This document shows, one piece after another, positions 11,040 to 20,504 of a stretch of 64,000 nucleotides of DNA. The stretch's first letter is position 1; every line of letters starts with the position of its first letter. The position numbers and the translations under genes were made by a program. The stretch lies in assembly GCA_964389905.1 (NCBI GenBank), contig CAYMGD010000005.1, positions 6,842 to 70,841 of the forward strand, given 5' to 3'. The stretch comes from an uncultured Coprobacillus sp. (GTDB taxonomy: Bacteria; Bacillota_I; Bacilli_A; ML615J-28; CAG-698). Under the pieces are notes generated by a model. That model saw only the letters and a list, made by a program, of their open reading frames with translations, did not search any database and was not told the origin of the DNA.

Positions 11040-11225
11040 GAGCAAAATATTTGTCAAATGGAAAAACGAATCAAATGGAAGTACCGCCATTTTGATTGAT
11101 GGTGCAAGACGTGTCGGAAAAAGTTTTCTTCAAAAATAGGAAATAGTTATATATTATATTCTAAAGACGTAATGATAAAAGATGGAATAATATATTTACC
11201 ATTTTATATGGCTATGTTTTTGTAA
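11040..11225 (+). pseudogene. internally deleted remnant of an AAA ATPase (DUF4143-type) gene
   Basis: The N-terminal fragment KWKNESNGSTAILIDGARRVGKSFLQK* carries a Walker A motif. The C-terminal fragment is DGIIYLPFYMAMFL*. The two are only ~90 nt apart. Confidence 0.55.
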
Positions 11226-11243
11226 TTGTTATACTTTATTAAT

Positions 11244-11308
11244 ACTGATTAACATAAGTTCTTTATGTCTTTTACCTTTAAACCTTTTAGCCTTAAGGAA
11301 CTCTTTGT
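11244..11308 (+). repeat. ectopic ~62-nt copy of an internal spmA segment (original at about 10277-10340)
   Basis: TACTGATTAACATAAGTTCTTTATGTCTTTTACCTTTAA... recurs with about 5 substitutions. Confidence 0.85.
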
Positions 11309-11377
11309 GAACAAATTTTATTTCATACTGAAAAATCACTTGAGTATTTAAAATTTATTGATGGAAAGGAAGTTTAA

Positions 11378-11614
11378 TTGATGAATAAACGAAGTTATGA
11401 AACGCTTTTATATCTTGTTACTTCTAGTGTTGTAAATAAACTTATCGAAATGCATAATTGGACAGAAGATGAAGCAATTGGAAAATTTGTTAGTTCAGAA
11501 CTTTATACATATTTAGAAAAAGAAGAGACTAAAGTGTGGCAATATAGTGCACTAATACTTGCTGAATTATTCAATGATGAATGTTCTGGAAAATTAGTAT
11601 TCCCTGAGGTGTAA
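11378..11614 (+). CDS. small DUF3791-like protein
   Basis: 78-aa helical protein (…EDEAIGKFVSSELYTYLEKEETKVWQYS…), paired with a second DUF3791-like ORF. Confidence 0.45.
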   Translation: MMNKRSYETLLYLVTSSVVNKLIEMHNWTEDEAIGKFVSSELYTYLEKEETKVWQYSALILAELFNDECSGKLVFPEV

Positions 11615-11615
11615 G

Positions 11616-11822
11616 ATGAGTAAAACGTTAGCCTTTAAAGTATTTTGTTTTGAAGCTTATCGTGCTGAAAAAAACATTTCAGGGAAAGAAGCTATTAGTT
11701 TGTTTAAGGAATATGGTGTCTTTGATTACTTGAATGATTGCTTTGATGTATTACATACTACAGGAAGAGAATATATAATTGAAGATATTGATATGTTTAT
11801 AAATATTAGAAAAAAATCATAG
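11616..11822 (+). CDS. small DUF3791-like protein
   Basis: 68 aa. FKVFCFEAYRAEKNISGKEAISLFKEYGVFDYL...LHTTGREYIIEDI fits my recollection of DUF3791. Confidence 0.5.
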   Translation: MSKTLAFKVFCFEAYRAEKNISGKEAISLFKEYGVFDYLNDCFDVLHTTGREYIIEDIDMFINIRKKS

Positions 11823-11909
11823 TTGTTTTTCAATTATGTTTTTTTATTTCTTTTCTCAATATTGTTTATTTCCTTGTTTTGATGTATAATATTTTTAGAG
11901 GATAAAACA

Positions 11910-12806
11910 ATGAAAAAAGAAATATTAGAAGATCAATTATGTATGTATAAAGGCATATTATTTCATTCGCAAACATTTGCAAGTGAAGAAGATGATGAAA
12001 TTAATTATGACTTTAGTTGTAAAGAATTTACTATTTTAAAAGAAAAATACGATTTAGTTAATATTGCTGGTAAAGGTACTGATTTTCAAAAAGCAAAACG
12101 CTTATTACATTATTTAGCACCAAGATTATTTCATTCTTCATGGTATGATAATCATATTAATTGTAATGCTTTAGATTTACTTGAATATAGTTTAAATAAT
12201 AAAGAACAAGGAATTAACTGCTTAAACAAAGCCAAAATATTAGAAGAATGTTGTTTATCTTTAGGCATTTATGCTCGTAGAGTATGTATTATGCCTTACT
12301 CACCATATGATTTTGATAATCATGTTGTTACTGAAATATATGATAAAAAGTTAAAAAGTTGGATTATGCTTGATCCTACGACTGATGGATATTTTGTTGA
12401 TGAGAATAAGAATCCTTTATCATTATTACAAATACGTAATCTTTTCGCAAACGATGAGTTTGTAACATTTGTAAAAGCAACTGATACTTTAAAAGATTTA
12501 TCAAAACTTTATAATAAGTATTTAGAAACTAATGCGTATATTTGTAAGAATCTCTTTTTCTTTTACATTGATAAAGATTCAACCTTTGGTACAACTAATA
12601 ATACTTTAGTTTTTGCACCTATTAATTTTTCTATAAAAGAAAATTTGATAGCTAATATGAAATATCGCATTAATCATTTGCCTGAAGAATATATGGAATA
12701 TAAAAAAATATATGAATCTAATCTAAAGGAATTAGATAATTATATAGAAGAGAAAAAAACAAATATTCAAGTGATGAATGTTAGTCCAGATAAAATGTCT
12801 TTATGA
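11910..12806 (+). CDS. transglutaminase-like cysteine-peptidase-fold protein
   Basis: Candidate Cys-His-Asp triad: GINCLNKAKIL, DNHVVTEIY and MLDPTTDGYF. Confidence 0.55.
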   Translation: MKKEILEDQLCMYKGILFHSQTFASEEDDEINYDFSCKEFTILKEKYDLVNIAGKGTDFQKAKRLLHYLAPRLFHSSWYDNHINCNALDLLEYSLNNKEQGINCLNKAKILEECCLSLGIYARRVCIMPYSPYDFDNHVVTEIYDKKLKSWIMLDPTTDGYFVDENKNPLSLLQIRNLFANDEFVTFVKATDTLKDLSKLYNKYLETNAYICKNLFFFYIDKDSTFGTTNNTLVFAPINFSIKENLIANMKYRINHLPEEYMEYKKIYESNLKELDNYIEEKKTNIQVMNVSPDKMSL

Positions 12807-12854
12807 TTTCATAAGGATTTTTAGAAGATAATAAAATAAAAGAGGTATAAATAA

Positions 12855-13604
12855 ATGGAACGTTTACAGAAATATATTGCTAGTTGTGGTGTAACTTCCC
12901 GCCGCAAAGCTGAAGAATTAATTATATCAGGAAAAGTAAAAGTTAATGGGAAAATTGTTACGGAATTAGGTACTAAAGTCAGCGATAAAGATGTGATTTC
13001 TGTTGATGGTAAAATCATTAATACTGAGGAACATGTTTATTTGGCAATGAATAAACCTAGAGGAGTATTATCATCTGCAGTAGATGATTTAGGGCGTAAA
13101 ACAGTTTTAACTTTATTAGAAGAATCTCATTTAGGTAATAAGTATAAGAATAAACGACTTTTCCCTATTGGAAGATTAGATTATGATACTAAAGGAATTA
13201 TATTATTAACTAATGATGGTGAGTTTATGAATCATTTAGTAGGTCCACAATCAAATCTTGAAAAGGAGTACTTAGCACGTGTTGATGGTATTTTTACAAA
13301 AGAGCACCTTAAGAAGCTATGCTCTGGAATTAAAATTGATGATTTTAAAACTCGAAATTGTTATGGATATATTAAAGATACTGATACTAAAAACAATTCA
13401 ACGCTTGTTGGTTTAGTAATCAAAGAAGGAAAATACCATCAAGTGAAAAGAATGTTTCTAGCTTTAGGATTTAATGTGAAAAAACTTTCACGAATTAGAT
13501 TTGGGGAGATTACAACTGAAGGAATCAGGGAAGGTGAAGTGCGTGAGTTAACACTTCATGAAGTTAAGAGATTGTATGCACTTTCATTAGGAGGAAAGAA
13601 ATGA
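12855..13604 (+). CDS. rluB: 23S rRNA pseudouridine synthase (RsuA/RluB family)
   Basis: S4 domain MERLQKYIASCGVTSRRKAEELI and catalytic motif GRLDYDTKGIILLTNDG. Confidence 0.85.
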   Translation: MERLQKYIASCGVTSRRKAEELIISGKVKVNGKIVTELGTKVSDKDVISVDGKIINTEEHVYLAMNKPRGVLSSAVDDLGRKTVLTLLEESHLGNKYKNKRLFPIGRLDYDTKGIILLTNDGEFMNHLVGPQSNLEKEYLARVDGIFTKEHLKKLCSGIKIDDFKTRNCYGYIKDTDTKNNSTLVGLVIKEGKYHQVKRMFLALGFNVKKLSRIRFGEITTEGIREGEVRELTLHEVKRLYALSLGGKK

Positions 13605-14956
13605 ATATAGTAATAATTGGGGCAGGCAAATTAGGATCTTTACTGACCAAAAATTTATCACAGGAAAAGCATGATGTAGTCGTTATTGACAAGAATCCCC
13701 TTGCTGTGGATGAACTTGTTAATGAATATGATGTTAAAGGATATTATGGTAATGGCGCAAATTATGATACGCAAGTAGAAGCGGGTGTATCACAAGCAGA
13801 TTTAGTAATTTCTGTTGCTACGCTTGATGAGTTTAATATCTTTGCTTGTATGGTAGCTAGAAGATTAGGTGCTAAGAATACTATTGCAAGAGTGAGAAAT
13901 CCAGAATATTCTAAACAAATATCATTAATGAATCAAGATTTAGGTGTTAGTATGGCTTTAAATCCTGAACTTGAAACAGCTAATGAAATATCTCGTATGC
14001 TACGTTTTCCAAGTGCTTTGAAAGTTGAAACTTTTGCAAATGGTAAAGTTGATCTTGTAGAGATTAAAATAGATGAAAATTCGCCTTTAGTTGGAAGTTC
14101 TTTAATGTCTATTCACAATAAAACTAAAATTAGTATTCTAGTATGTGCTGTTAAACGTGGTGATGAAGTCATAATACCAAAAGGTGAGTTTGTAATCAAA
14201 CCTTTGGATAATATTTATGTTGCCGCAGAACCAAAAGAAATAATAAAGTTTTTCAAATATTTAAATATTATGAAAGAACGTTCTAAACGAATTATGATTG
14301 TTGGTGCAAGTCGTATCGCTTATTATCTTACAAAGCAACTTTCTGATTTAGGTCTTTATGTGAAAATTGTAGATAGTAATGCAAATGTTTGTCTAGAAAT
14401 GAGTGAGAAATTCCCTAAACTAACAATTATTAATGGTGATGCTACAAATCAAAAAATGATGCAAGAAGAAGGCATAAATACAATGGATGCTTTAATTTCT
14501 TTAACAGGAATGGATGAAACAAATATTATAATTTCATCTTATGCTAAAACATGTAATGTTGATAAAATCATTACTAAAGTTAATAATTCTAATTATAATC
14601 TTATTATTGACCAAATAGGCTTAAGTAGTGTTGTTTCTCCTAAAGAAATATCTTCAAACAACATTGTAAGATTTGTTAGAGGTCTTGAGTCAAGTCAAGG
14701 AAGTGAATTCATTACTTTGCATCGTTTTGTTGATAACAAAGTAGAAGCTTTAGAGTTCTTTATTCATACTGATACAGATTATACAAATATTCCTATTAAA
14801 GATTTGAAATTTAAAGATAATATTTTATTAGCTTGTATTATTAGAGATAATAAAGTCATAATTCCTCAAGGTAAAGATTCAATAAATAAATACGATGATG
14901 TTATTATTTTTACAACAAACCCATTTATAAAAGATGTAAAGGACATTTTAAGATAA
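13601..14956 (+). CDS. trkA: Trk potassium uptake system, NAD-binding subunit TrkA
   Basis: Two RCK halves with Rossmann motifs IIGAGKLG and IVGASRIA. Followed by trkH. Confidence 0.85.
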   Translation: MNIVIIGAGKLGSLLTKNLSQEKHDVVVIDKNPLAVDELVNEYDVKGYYGNGANYDTQVEAGVSQADLVISVATLDEFNIFACMVARRLGAKNTIARVRNPEYSKQISLMNQDLGVSMALNPELETANEISRMLRFPSALKVETFANGKVDLVEIKIDENSPLVGSSLMSIHNKTKISILVCAVKRGDEVIIPKGEFVIKPLDNIYVAAEPKEIIKFFKYLNIMKERSKRIMIVGASRIAYYLTKQLSDLGLYVKIVDSNANVCLEMSEKFPKLTIINGDATNQKMMQEEGINTMDALISLTGMDETNIIISSYAKTCNVDKIITKVNNSNYNLIIDQIGLSSVVSPKEISSNNIVRFVRGLESSQGSEFITLHRFVDNKVEALEFFIHTDTDYTNIPIKDLKFKDNILLACIIRDNKVIIPQGKDSINKYDDVIIFTTNPFIKDVKDILR

Positions 14957-14957
14957 T

Positions 14958-16457
14958 ATGAACAAAAAAATGATATTTTATCTAATGGGAAAGATTTTAA
15001 TTATCATTGGTTTATTAATGTTTTTACCATTAGCTGTTGCAATAATTTATTATTTTAAAGATAATGAAACAAATAACATTTTAGCTTTTGCGATTTCAAT
15101 TGCTTTAATGGTTGGTACTGGATTTTTACTAACTTTATTTAAACCTGAACGAAAGGAGTTTTTTGCTCGTGAAGGATTTGTGTTAGTTGGTCTTTCGTGG
15201 ATTGTTATATCAGTGTTTGGAGCGCTTCCTTTCGTTATCTCAGGAGCAATTCCTAATTTCATCGATGCTTTCTTTGAAACTGTATCTGGTTTTACAACAA
15301 CTGGAGCAAGTATATTAACTGGTGAAGAAATTGAAAAATTATCGCATAGTATGATTTTTTGGCGAAGTTTTACGCATTGGATTGGTGGAATGGGAATACT
15401 TGTCTTTGTATTAACATTCTTGCCATCAGAAGGTAAAAATATTCATATTATGAAAGCTGAATCGCCAGGTCCACAATTTGGTAAACTTGTTTCTAAAGTA
15501 AATTTTTCAGCTCGAATTCTTTATATTATTTATTTAGGTATTACTTTACTAGAAATAATATTACTGGTTTGTGGGAAAATGCCATTATTTGATGCAATAA
15601 CAAACTCTTTTGCTACAGCTGGTACAGGAGGATTTGCTATTAAGGCTGATGGTATAGCTTCCTATAACACATACTGCCAAATCGTGATTGCTATTTTTAT
15701 GCTCCTTTGTGGGATTAATTTTAATTTCTTTTTCTTAATATTAATTAGGAAATTCCGTCAAGCTTTTAAGATGGAAGAAGTACTTGTATATATTTTAATC
15801 ATTATCTTTTCCACAATCACAATTGCTTTAAATCTATATATAGTTACAAAAGAGTCATTTGGAATTATTCTTAAAGATTCCTTCTTCCAAGTATCTTCAA
15901 TTATCACCTCAACAGGCTTTTCAACAGTTGACTTTAACTTATGGCCAGAATTAAGTAAAACAATTTTAGTAATTTTAATGTTTATTGGAGCATGTGCTGG
16001 TTCAACTGGTGGAGGAATAAAAGTTAGCCGTTTTATAATATTAATTAAGAATATTAAAAGAACTTTCAAAAAATTAGTTCATCCTAAAAGTGTTTCAAAT
16101 ATTTCCTTTGAATCAAGTATCTTAGATGAAGAAACCATTTCAGGAGTTAGTAATTATTTTGCTTTGTTTATGATTATCTTTGCAATATTTGTTTTATTAT
16201 TATCATTTGATCCTTTTAATCTTAATGGTGTAACTATTCCTACTGAAGGAGTTTCCAAGTTTGTAACTAATTTTACAGCAGTAACAACATGCTTTAATAA
16301 TATTGGCCCAGGATTAAATTTAGTTGGACCAAGCGGCTCATTTGGCTTCTATTCTGATTTTTCAAAACTAGTCTTATCATTTGCTATGCTCTGCGGAAGA
16401 TTAGAAATATATCCAGTATTATTACTTTTTACACCAAAAGTATGGCTTAATAAATAA
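14958..16457 (+). CDS. trkH: Trk/Ktr potassium transporter membrane subunit TrkH
   Basis: Polytopic membrane protein with selectivity-filter-like motifs GFTTTGAS, TAGTGGF, STGFST and GSTGGGIKV. Confidence 0.85.
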   Translation: MNKKMIFYLMGKILIIIGLLMFLPLAVAIIYYFKDNETNNILAFAISIALMVGTGFLLTLFKPERKEFFAREGFVLVGLSWIVISVFGALPFVISGAIPNFIDAFFETVSGFTTTGASILTGEEIEKLSHSMIFWRSFTHWIGGMGILVFVLTFLPSEGKNIHIMKAESPGPQFGKLVSKVNFSARILYIIYLGITLLEIILLVCGKMPLFDAITNSFATAGTGGFAIKADGIASYNTYCQIVIAIFMLLCGINFNFFFLILIRKFRQAFKMEEVLVYILIIIFSTITIALNLYIVTKESFGIILKDSFFQVSSIITSTGFSTVDFNLWPELSKTILVILMFIGACAGSTGGGIKVSRFIILIKNIKRTFKKLVHPKSVSNISFESSILDEETISGVSNYFALFMIIFAIFVLLLSFDPFNLNGVTIPTEGVSKFVTNFTAVTTCFNNIGPGLNLVGPSGSFGFYSDFSKLVLSFAMLCGRLEIYPVLLLFTPKVWLNK

Positions 16458-16576
16458 ATTATGTAGAAAAACTTATGCAGAATGCATTTATTTTGTGTAA
16501 GTTTTTTTATGTATAAATAGTTTATGCCCAAAATAAACATTTATTAAAAAAATATCGTTAATAAATAAAAAAATAT

Positions 16577-16605
16577 TTGATATTGAAATAATTATATGTT
16601 ATAAT
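16577..16605 (+). promoter_or_regulatory. sigma-A-type promoter of cmk/rpsA
   Basis: TTGATA (16577-16582), 17-nt spacer, TATAAT (16600-16605), with TG at -15/-14. Confidence 0.55.
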
Positions 16606-16633
16606 TATTTCTGTATGTTTTGAGGTGTATTTT

Positions 16634-18802
16634 ATGGGATGGCAAATTGCAATTGATGGTCCTGCCGCAAGCGGAAAAAGTACCGTTGCCAAGGGATTAG
16701 CAAAAAAACTGGGATTTGAATATCTTGATACAGGAGCAATGTATCGTGCAGTTACTTTAAAGGCACTAAATCTTAAAATAAACTTAGAAGACGAAGATGA
16801 GTATAGTTTCTTAGAAAATACGAAAATTGATTTCGTTGATAACAATATTAATTTAGATAATGTTGATGTCAGCAAAGAAATTAGAAGTATTGAAGTAACT
16901 AATAATGTTTCATTAGTTTCTAAATTTAAATATGTTCGTGATAAAATGGTAGCTGCCCAGAGAGAACTTTCTAAATCTAAAAATATTATTCTTGATGGTC
17001 GAGACATCGGAACAGTTGTTTTACCTAAGGCAAACTTGAAAATCTTCTTATATGCTAATGTGGAAACAAGAGCAAAAAGAAGAATGAAAGAGCGTGAAGA
17101 AGCAGGTGTATATTTAGATTTAAAAGAAACTATGGAAGAGATAGAAGCTCGTGATTATAAAGATAGTCACCGTGAAATAAGCCCACTTACACAAGCTGAT
17201 GATGCAATATTTTTAGACACATCAGAGTTTACCGTTGAAGAAGTGATTAATGAAATCACAAGACTAGCATTGAAAAGAGGTTACAGTATGGAAGATTTAG
17301 AACAAAAGAACGTAAACGTTGAAGAAGAAAAAGAAGAACAAAAGGAAGAAGCTGAAGTAGAAGAAATCGCCGCAGCTTTACCTGAAGAACCAGAACAAGC
17401 TGAAAAAGCAGGTTACAAAGAAATGCAAATTGTTACAGGAACAGTAGTTGAAGTACAAGATGCGCAAGAGGAAAGAAAATATGGAAACAAAGTGATTAAA
17501 GCTAAAGAAGAAAGAGTTTTAATTGAATTACCTGATGGACAAGAAGGTTTTCTATTCCGTAAAGATTGTGTAAATATCGATGCTGATGAAGCATTATTTG
17601 ACCAATTTATCGAAGGCGATGAAATAACTGTTGCAATCAAAAAAATATTCCCTGATGGTGGAAAATTTATTTTCTCACAAATCCTTGTTGAGAGATATAA
17701 TAAGTTAAAAGAATTTGAAGCAACAATTAAAGAACGTCCAATTATCAAAGCTAAAGTTATTAAGTTAGTTTCTGATTTTGGTTTACTAATGAAATATGAA
17801 GATTTCACATGTTTATTACCAACACAATTAGTAGTTACTAGCAAAGATAATGTTGCTGAATTAGTTGGCAAAGAATTAGAAGTTGTTCCAATTCGTATCG
17901 ACTCTGCAAGAATTAGAATCGTTGTATCTGAAGTTCACGCCGTTAGAAAGAAAGAAAAAGCTGAAAGAAAAGAATTTATTGGTCAATTAGAAGTTGGACA
18001 AGTTTACGATGGAATAGTTAAAAACATTGAACCTTATGGCGTATTTGTTGAATTACATAAAGATGTTGAAGGCTTATTACATATTTCTGAATTTGATCAT
18101 AACCGTGTTCAAAAAATTGAAAAAGTTCTAAATCCTGGCGATACTGTTAAAGTACAAGTTATAAAAATCGAAAAAGATCACATTGGCTTATCTCGTAAAG
18201 CATTACTTCCAAATCATTGGGCAAACTACTTTGCAGATAAGAAAGTTGATGACGTTGTAAAAGCAGAAGTTTTAGAAATCAAGAGTTCAGGTATTCGTGT
18301 TAAACTTGCTGAAGAACTTGAAGGATTTATTCCAAAGAGTGAATTCTCATGGAATCGTGATGCAGTTTTAGAAAATGCTGTAAAAGTTGGCGATGAAATT
18401 GAATGTAAGATTATCGAAACTGAAAAATATAAGAGACGTATCATCCTTTCTGTTAAACAACTAACTGTTAACCCTTGGTCTGTTACTGATTTAGAAGTTG
18501 GAAGCATTATCAATGTTAAAGTCGTTGAAGTTCTTGAAAACGGATATAAAGTTGATTATCAAGATGTTAATGGATATATGGCAAAAGGTGCTGTTAAACC
18601 TTCTGAAATGGATAAAGTTATTCCTGATGCTGAAATAAAAGTTAAAGTTCGCGTTTTCGATGCTGATAAACAAAGATTAATCGTTAGCATGAGAGATGCT
18701 GAAGAAAAAATCGAAAAAGAGAATTATAACAAATATAAGAGCACTGATAAGATGAGCAATACTTTCGGTGATTATTTAAACGAAATTAAAAAGAATAAAT
18801 AA
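16634..18802 (+). CDS. cmk-rpsA: fusion protein: cytidylate kinase plus ribosomal protein S1 (four S1 domains)
   Basis: The N-terminus (IAIDGPAASGKST, DGRDIGT) is Cmk. An acidic linker EEEKEEQKEEAEVEE follows, then repeated S1 motifs (G.V..I.PYGVFVEL...EGLLHISE). The reading frame is continuous. Confidence 0.85.
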   Translation: MGWQIAIDGPAASGKSTVAKGLAKKLGFEYLDTGAMYRAVTLKALNLKINLEDEDEYSFLENTKIDFVDNNINLDNVDVSKEIRSIEVTNNVSLVSKFKYVRDKMVAAQRELSKSKNIILDGRDIGTVVLPKANLKIFLYANVETRAKRRMKEREEAGVYLDLKETMEEIEARDYKDSHREISPLTQADDAIFLDTSEFTVEEVINEITRLALKRGYSMEDLEQKNVNVEEEKEEQKEEAEVEEIAAALPEEPEQAEKAGYKEMQIVTGTVVEVQDAQEERKYGNKVIKAKEERVLIELPDGQEGFLFRKDCVNIDADEALFDQFIEGDEITVAIKKIFPDGGKFIFSQILVERYNKLKEFEATIKERPIIKAKVIKLVSDFGLLMKYEDFTCLLPTQLVVTSKDNVAELVGKELEVVPIRIDSARIRIVVSEVHAVRKKEKAERKEFIGQLEVGQVYDGIVKNIEPYGVFVELHKDVEGLLHISEFDHNRVQKIEKVLNPGDTVKVQVIKIEKDHIGLSRKALLPNHWANYFADKKVDDVVKAEVLEIKSSGIRVKLAEELEGFIPKSEFSWNRDAVLENAVKVGDEIECKIIETEKYKRRIILSVKQLTVNPWSVTDLEVGSIINVKVVEVLENGYKVDYQDVNGYMAKGAVKPSEMDKVIPDAEIKVKVRVFDADKQRLIVSMRDAEEKIEKENYNKYKSTDKMSNTFGDYLNEIKKNK

Positions 18803-18814
18803 GGAGTTTAAATA

Positions 18815-20125
18815 ATGCGTGGAGTTGTAGCTATCGTTGGTAGACCTAATGTCGGCAAATCAAGTTTGTTTAATCGTATTGCTGGCGAAAGGAAATCAAT
18901 TACAGATGATGTCAGTGGAATTACTAGAGATCGTATTTATGCTAAAGCTTCATGGCTAAATCAAGAATTTAGAATAATCGATACAGGAGGGATCATCTTA
19001 AAAGATGAGCCCTTTTCTAAAGAAATTCGTGCCCAAGCTTATTTGGCAATCGATGAAGCAGATGTTATAATTATGGTCGTTAATGTTAGAAATTCTGTAA
19101 CAACTGAAGATGAAGATGTTTTCAACATCTTAGTTAAATCAGGAAAACCAATTATCGTTGCCGCAAACAAAGTAGACGATAATTCGTTTATGAATGAAAT
19201 ATATGATTTTTATTCATTAGGCTGTGAAGAAGTTGTTGCTGTTAGTGCTTTACATGGCATTGGCGTTGGAGATTTATTAGATAAAGTTGTAGCACTTTTA
19301 CCGAATAATAAGAAAAATGAATATGATGATGAGACAATTAAATTCTGTCTTATCGGTCAGCCTAATGTTGGCAAATCAACTCTTTCTAATGCTATAATAG
19401 GTGAAAATCGTTCAATTATCTCAAATGTTCCTGGAACAACAAGAGATGCTATTGATTCTCTTTTTACCAGAAATGGCAAGAAATATGTTGTTATTGATAC
19501 AGCAGGAATTAGAAAGCAAGGTAAGATATATGAAAATGCAGAAAAGTATAGCGTTTTAAGGGCCTTAAAGGCTTTAGAGAGATCTGATATTGCCATACTT
19601 GTTTTAGATGGTACTTTAGAACTAAATGAACAAGACAAACGAATTGCAGGTTTTGCTCGTGAAAATAATCGTCCTATGATTATTGTAATTAATAAATGGG
19701 ATATTGTTGAAAAAGATGATAAGACAATGAAAAAAATTGAAGAAAAGATTAAAACGCAAATGCCTTTTTTAGATTTTGCTCCAGTTATCTTCTTATCAGC
19801 ACTACACTCATCACGAGTTGCAAAACTTCTTGATGAGATAGATTTCGTTTATGAAAACTATTCTCGTAGAGTTAGTACAAGTGTACTAAATGATATAATT
19901 ATGGATGCGATTTTACTAAATCAACCTCCCGTATTTAATGGTAATCGTTTAAGGATTAATTATGCAACTCAAGAAGATACTTGTCCACCATCATTTGTTT
20001 TCTTTGTGAACGATGAAAGACATATGCATTTCTCATATCTTCGTTACTTAGAAAACAAAATACGTGAAAACTTTGAGTTTACGGGAACTCCAATTAAGTT
20101 TACTTTACGAAAGAAAGATATATAA
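18815..20125 (+). CDS. der: ribosome-associated GTPase Der (EngA)
   Basis: Two GTPase domains: GRPNVGKSSLFN/DTGG/NKVD and GQPNVGKSTLSN/DTAG/NKWD. Confidence 0.95.
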   Translation: MRGVVAIVGRPNVGKSSLFNRIAGERKSITDDVSGITRDRIYAKASWLNQEFRIIDTGGIILKDEPFSKEIRAQAYLAIDEADVIIMVVNVRNSVTTEDEDVFNILVKSGKPIIVAANKVDDNSFMNEIYDFYSLGCEEVVAVSALHGIGVGDLLDKVVALLPNNKKNEYDDETIKFCLIGQPNVGKSTLSNAIIGENRSIISNVPGTTRDAIDSLFTRNGKKYVVIDTAGIRKQGKIYENAEKYSVLRALKALERSDIAILVLDGTLELNEQDKRIAGFARENNRPMIIVINKWDIVEKDDKTMKKIEEKIKTQMPFLDFAPVIFLSALHSSRVAKLLDEIDFVYENYSRRVSTSVLNDIIMDAILLNQPPVFNGNRLRINYATQEDTCPPSFVFFVNDERHMHFSYLRYLENKIRENFEFTGTPIKFTLRKKDI

Positions 20126-20195
20126 AAGAAATACTTTTAAAAATCTAGCTTTTTAAAAGTATTAAAATAATTATCACTTCATATACTTTTATGAG

Positions 20196-20441
20196 GTGAT
20201 TTTTTTGAATTTTGGAAAATTATTAAATTTAATAACAGAAAATAACATCAATCCTGATGATGTTTTTAAACTTGTTGAAAAGGTTAAAACGATGGACTTA
20301 AAAGATGAAAACAATATTAGGGAAATAATTCATGAAGTATCCAAAATAGCTAATAAACCAATAGACATTGAAAAAGAAAATAATCTTGTCCGAAAAATAA
20401 TGGCTGATGGTTTAAATGAAGATTTAATAAATTTAATATAA
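20196..20441 (+). CDS. small SpoVIF-like sporulation protein (tentative)
   Basis: ~80-aa acidic helical protein. DLKDENNIREIIHEVSKIANKPI resembles my recollection of the Spo_VIF family. It lies next to spoIVA. The true start may be TTG 20205. Confidence 0.35.
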   Translation: MIFLNFGKLLNLITENNINPDDVFKLVEKVKTMDLKDENNIREIIHEVSKIANKPIDIEKENNLVRKIMADGLNEDLINLI

Positions 20442-20504
20442 AATAATAGTCATATTTTTATATTAAACTTAATATTCTTTATTGAATGGAGTAAAGGTGA
20501 AAAA

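Noticed and set aside
12821-13018. 65-aa minus-strand ORF overlapping the rluB start
   Set aside because: It is antisense to the S4-domain region of rluB and has no supporting signals.
16558-17007. 149-aa minus-strand ORF, and the many other 60-150-aa ORFs antisense to long genes (for example 3399..3644, 4748..4999, 6566..6766, 15050..15262, 15758..16069, 17413..17871, 18226..18673, 19357..19638, 21191..21514, 26792..27076, 43739..44343, 44869..45090, 59973..60328, 61022..61219, 62754..62951)
   Set aside because: All lie inside well-supported genes on the opposite strand or in another frame. They have low-complexity S/L/I/F/K-rich translations typical of antisense frames in AT-rich DNA, and they lack RBSs.
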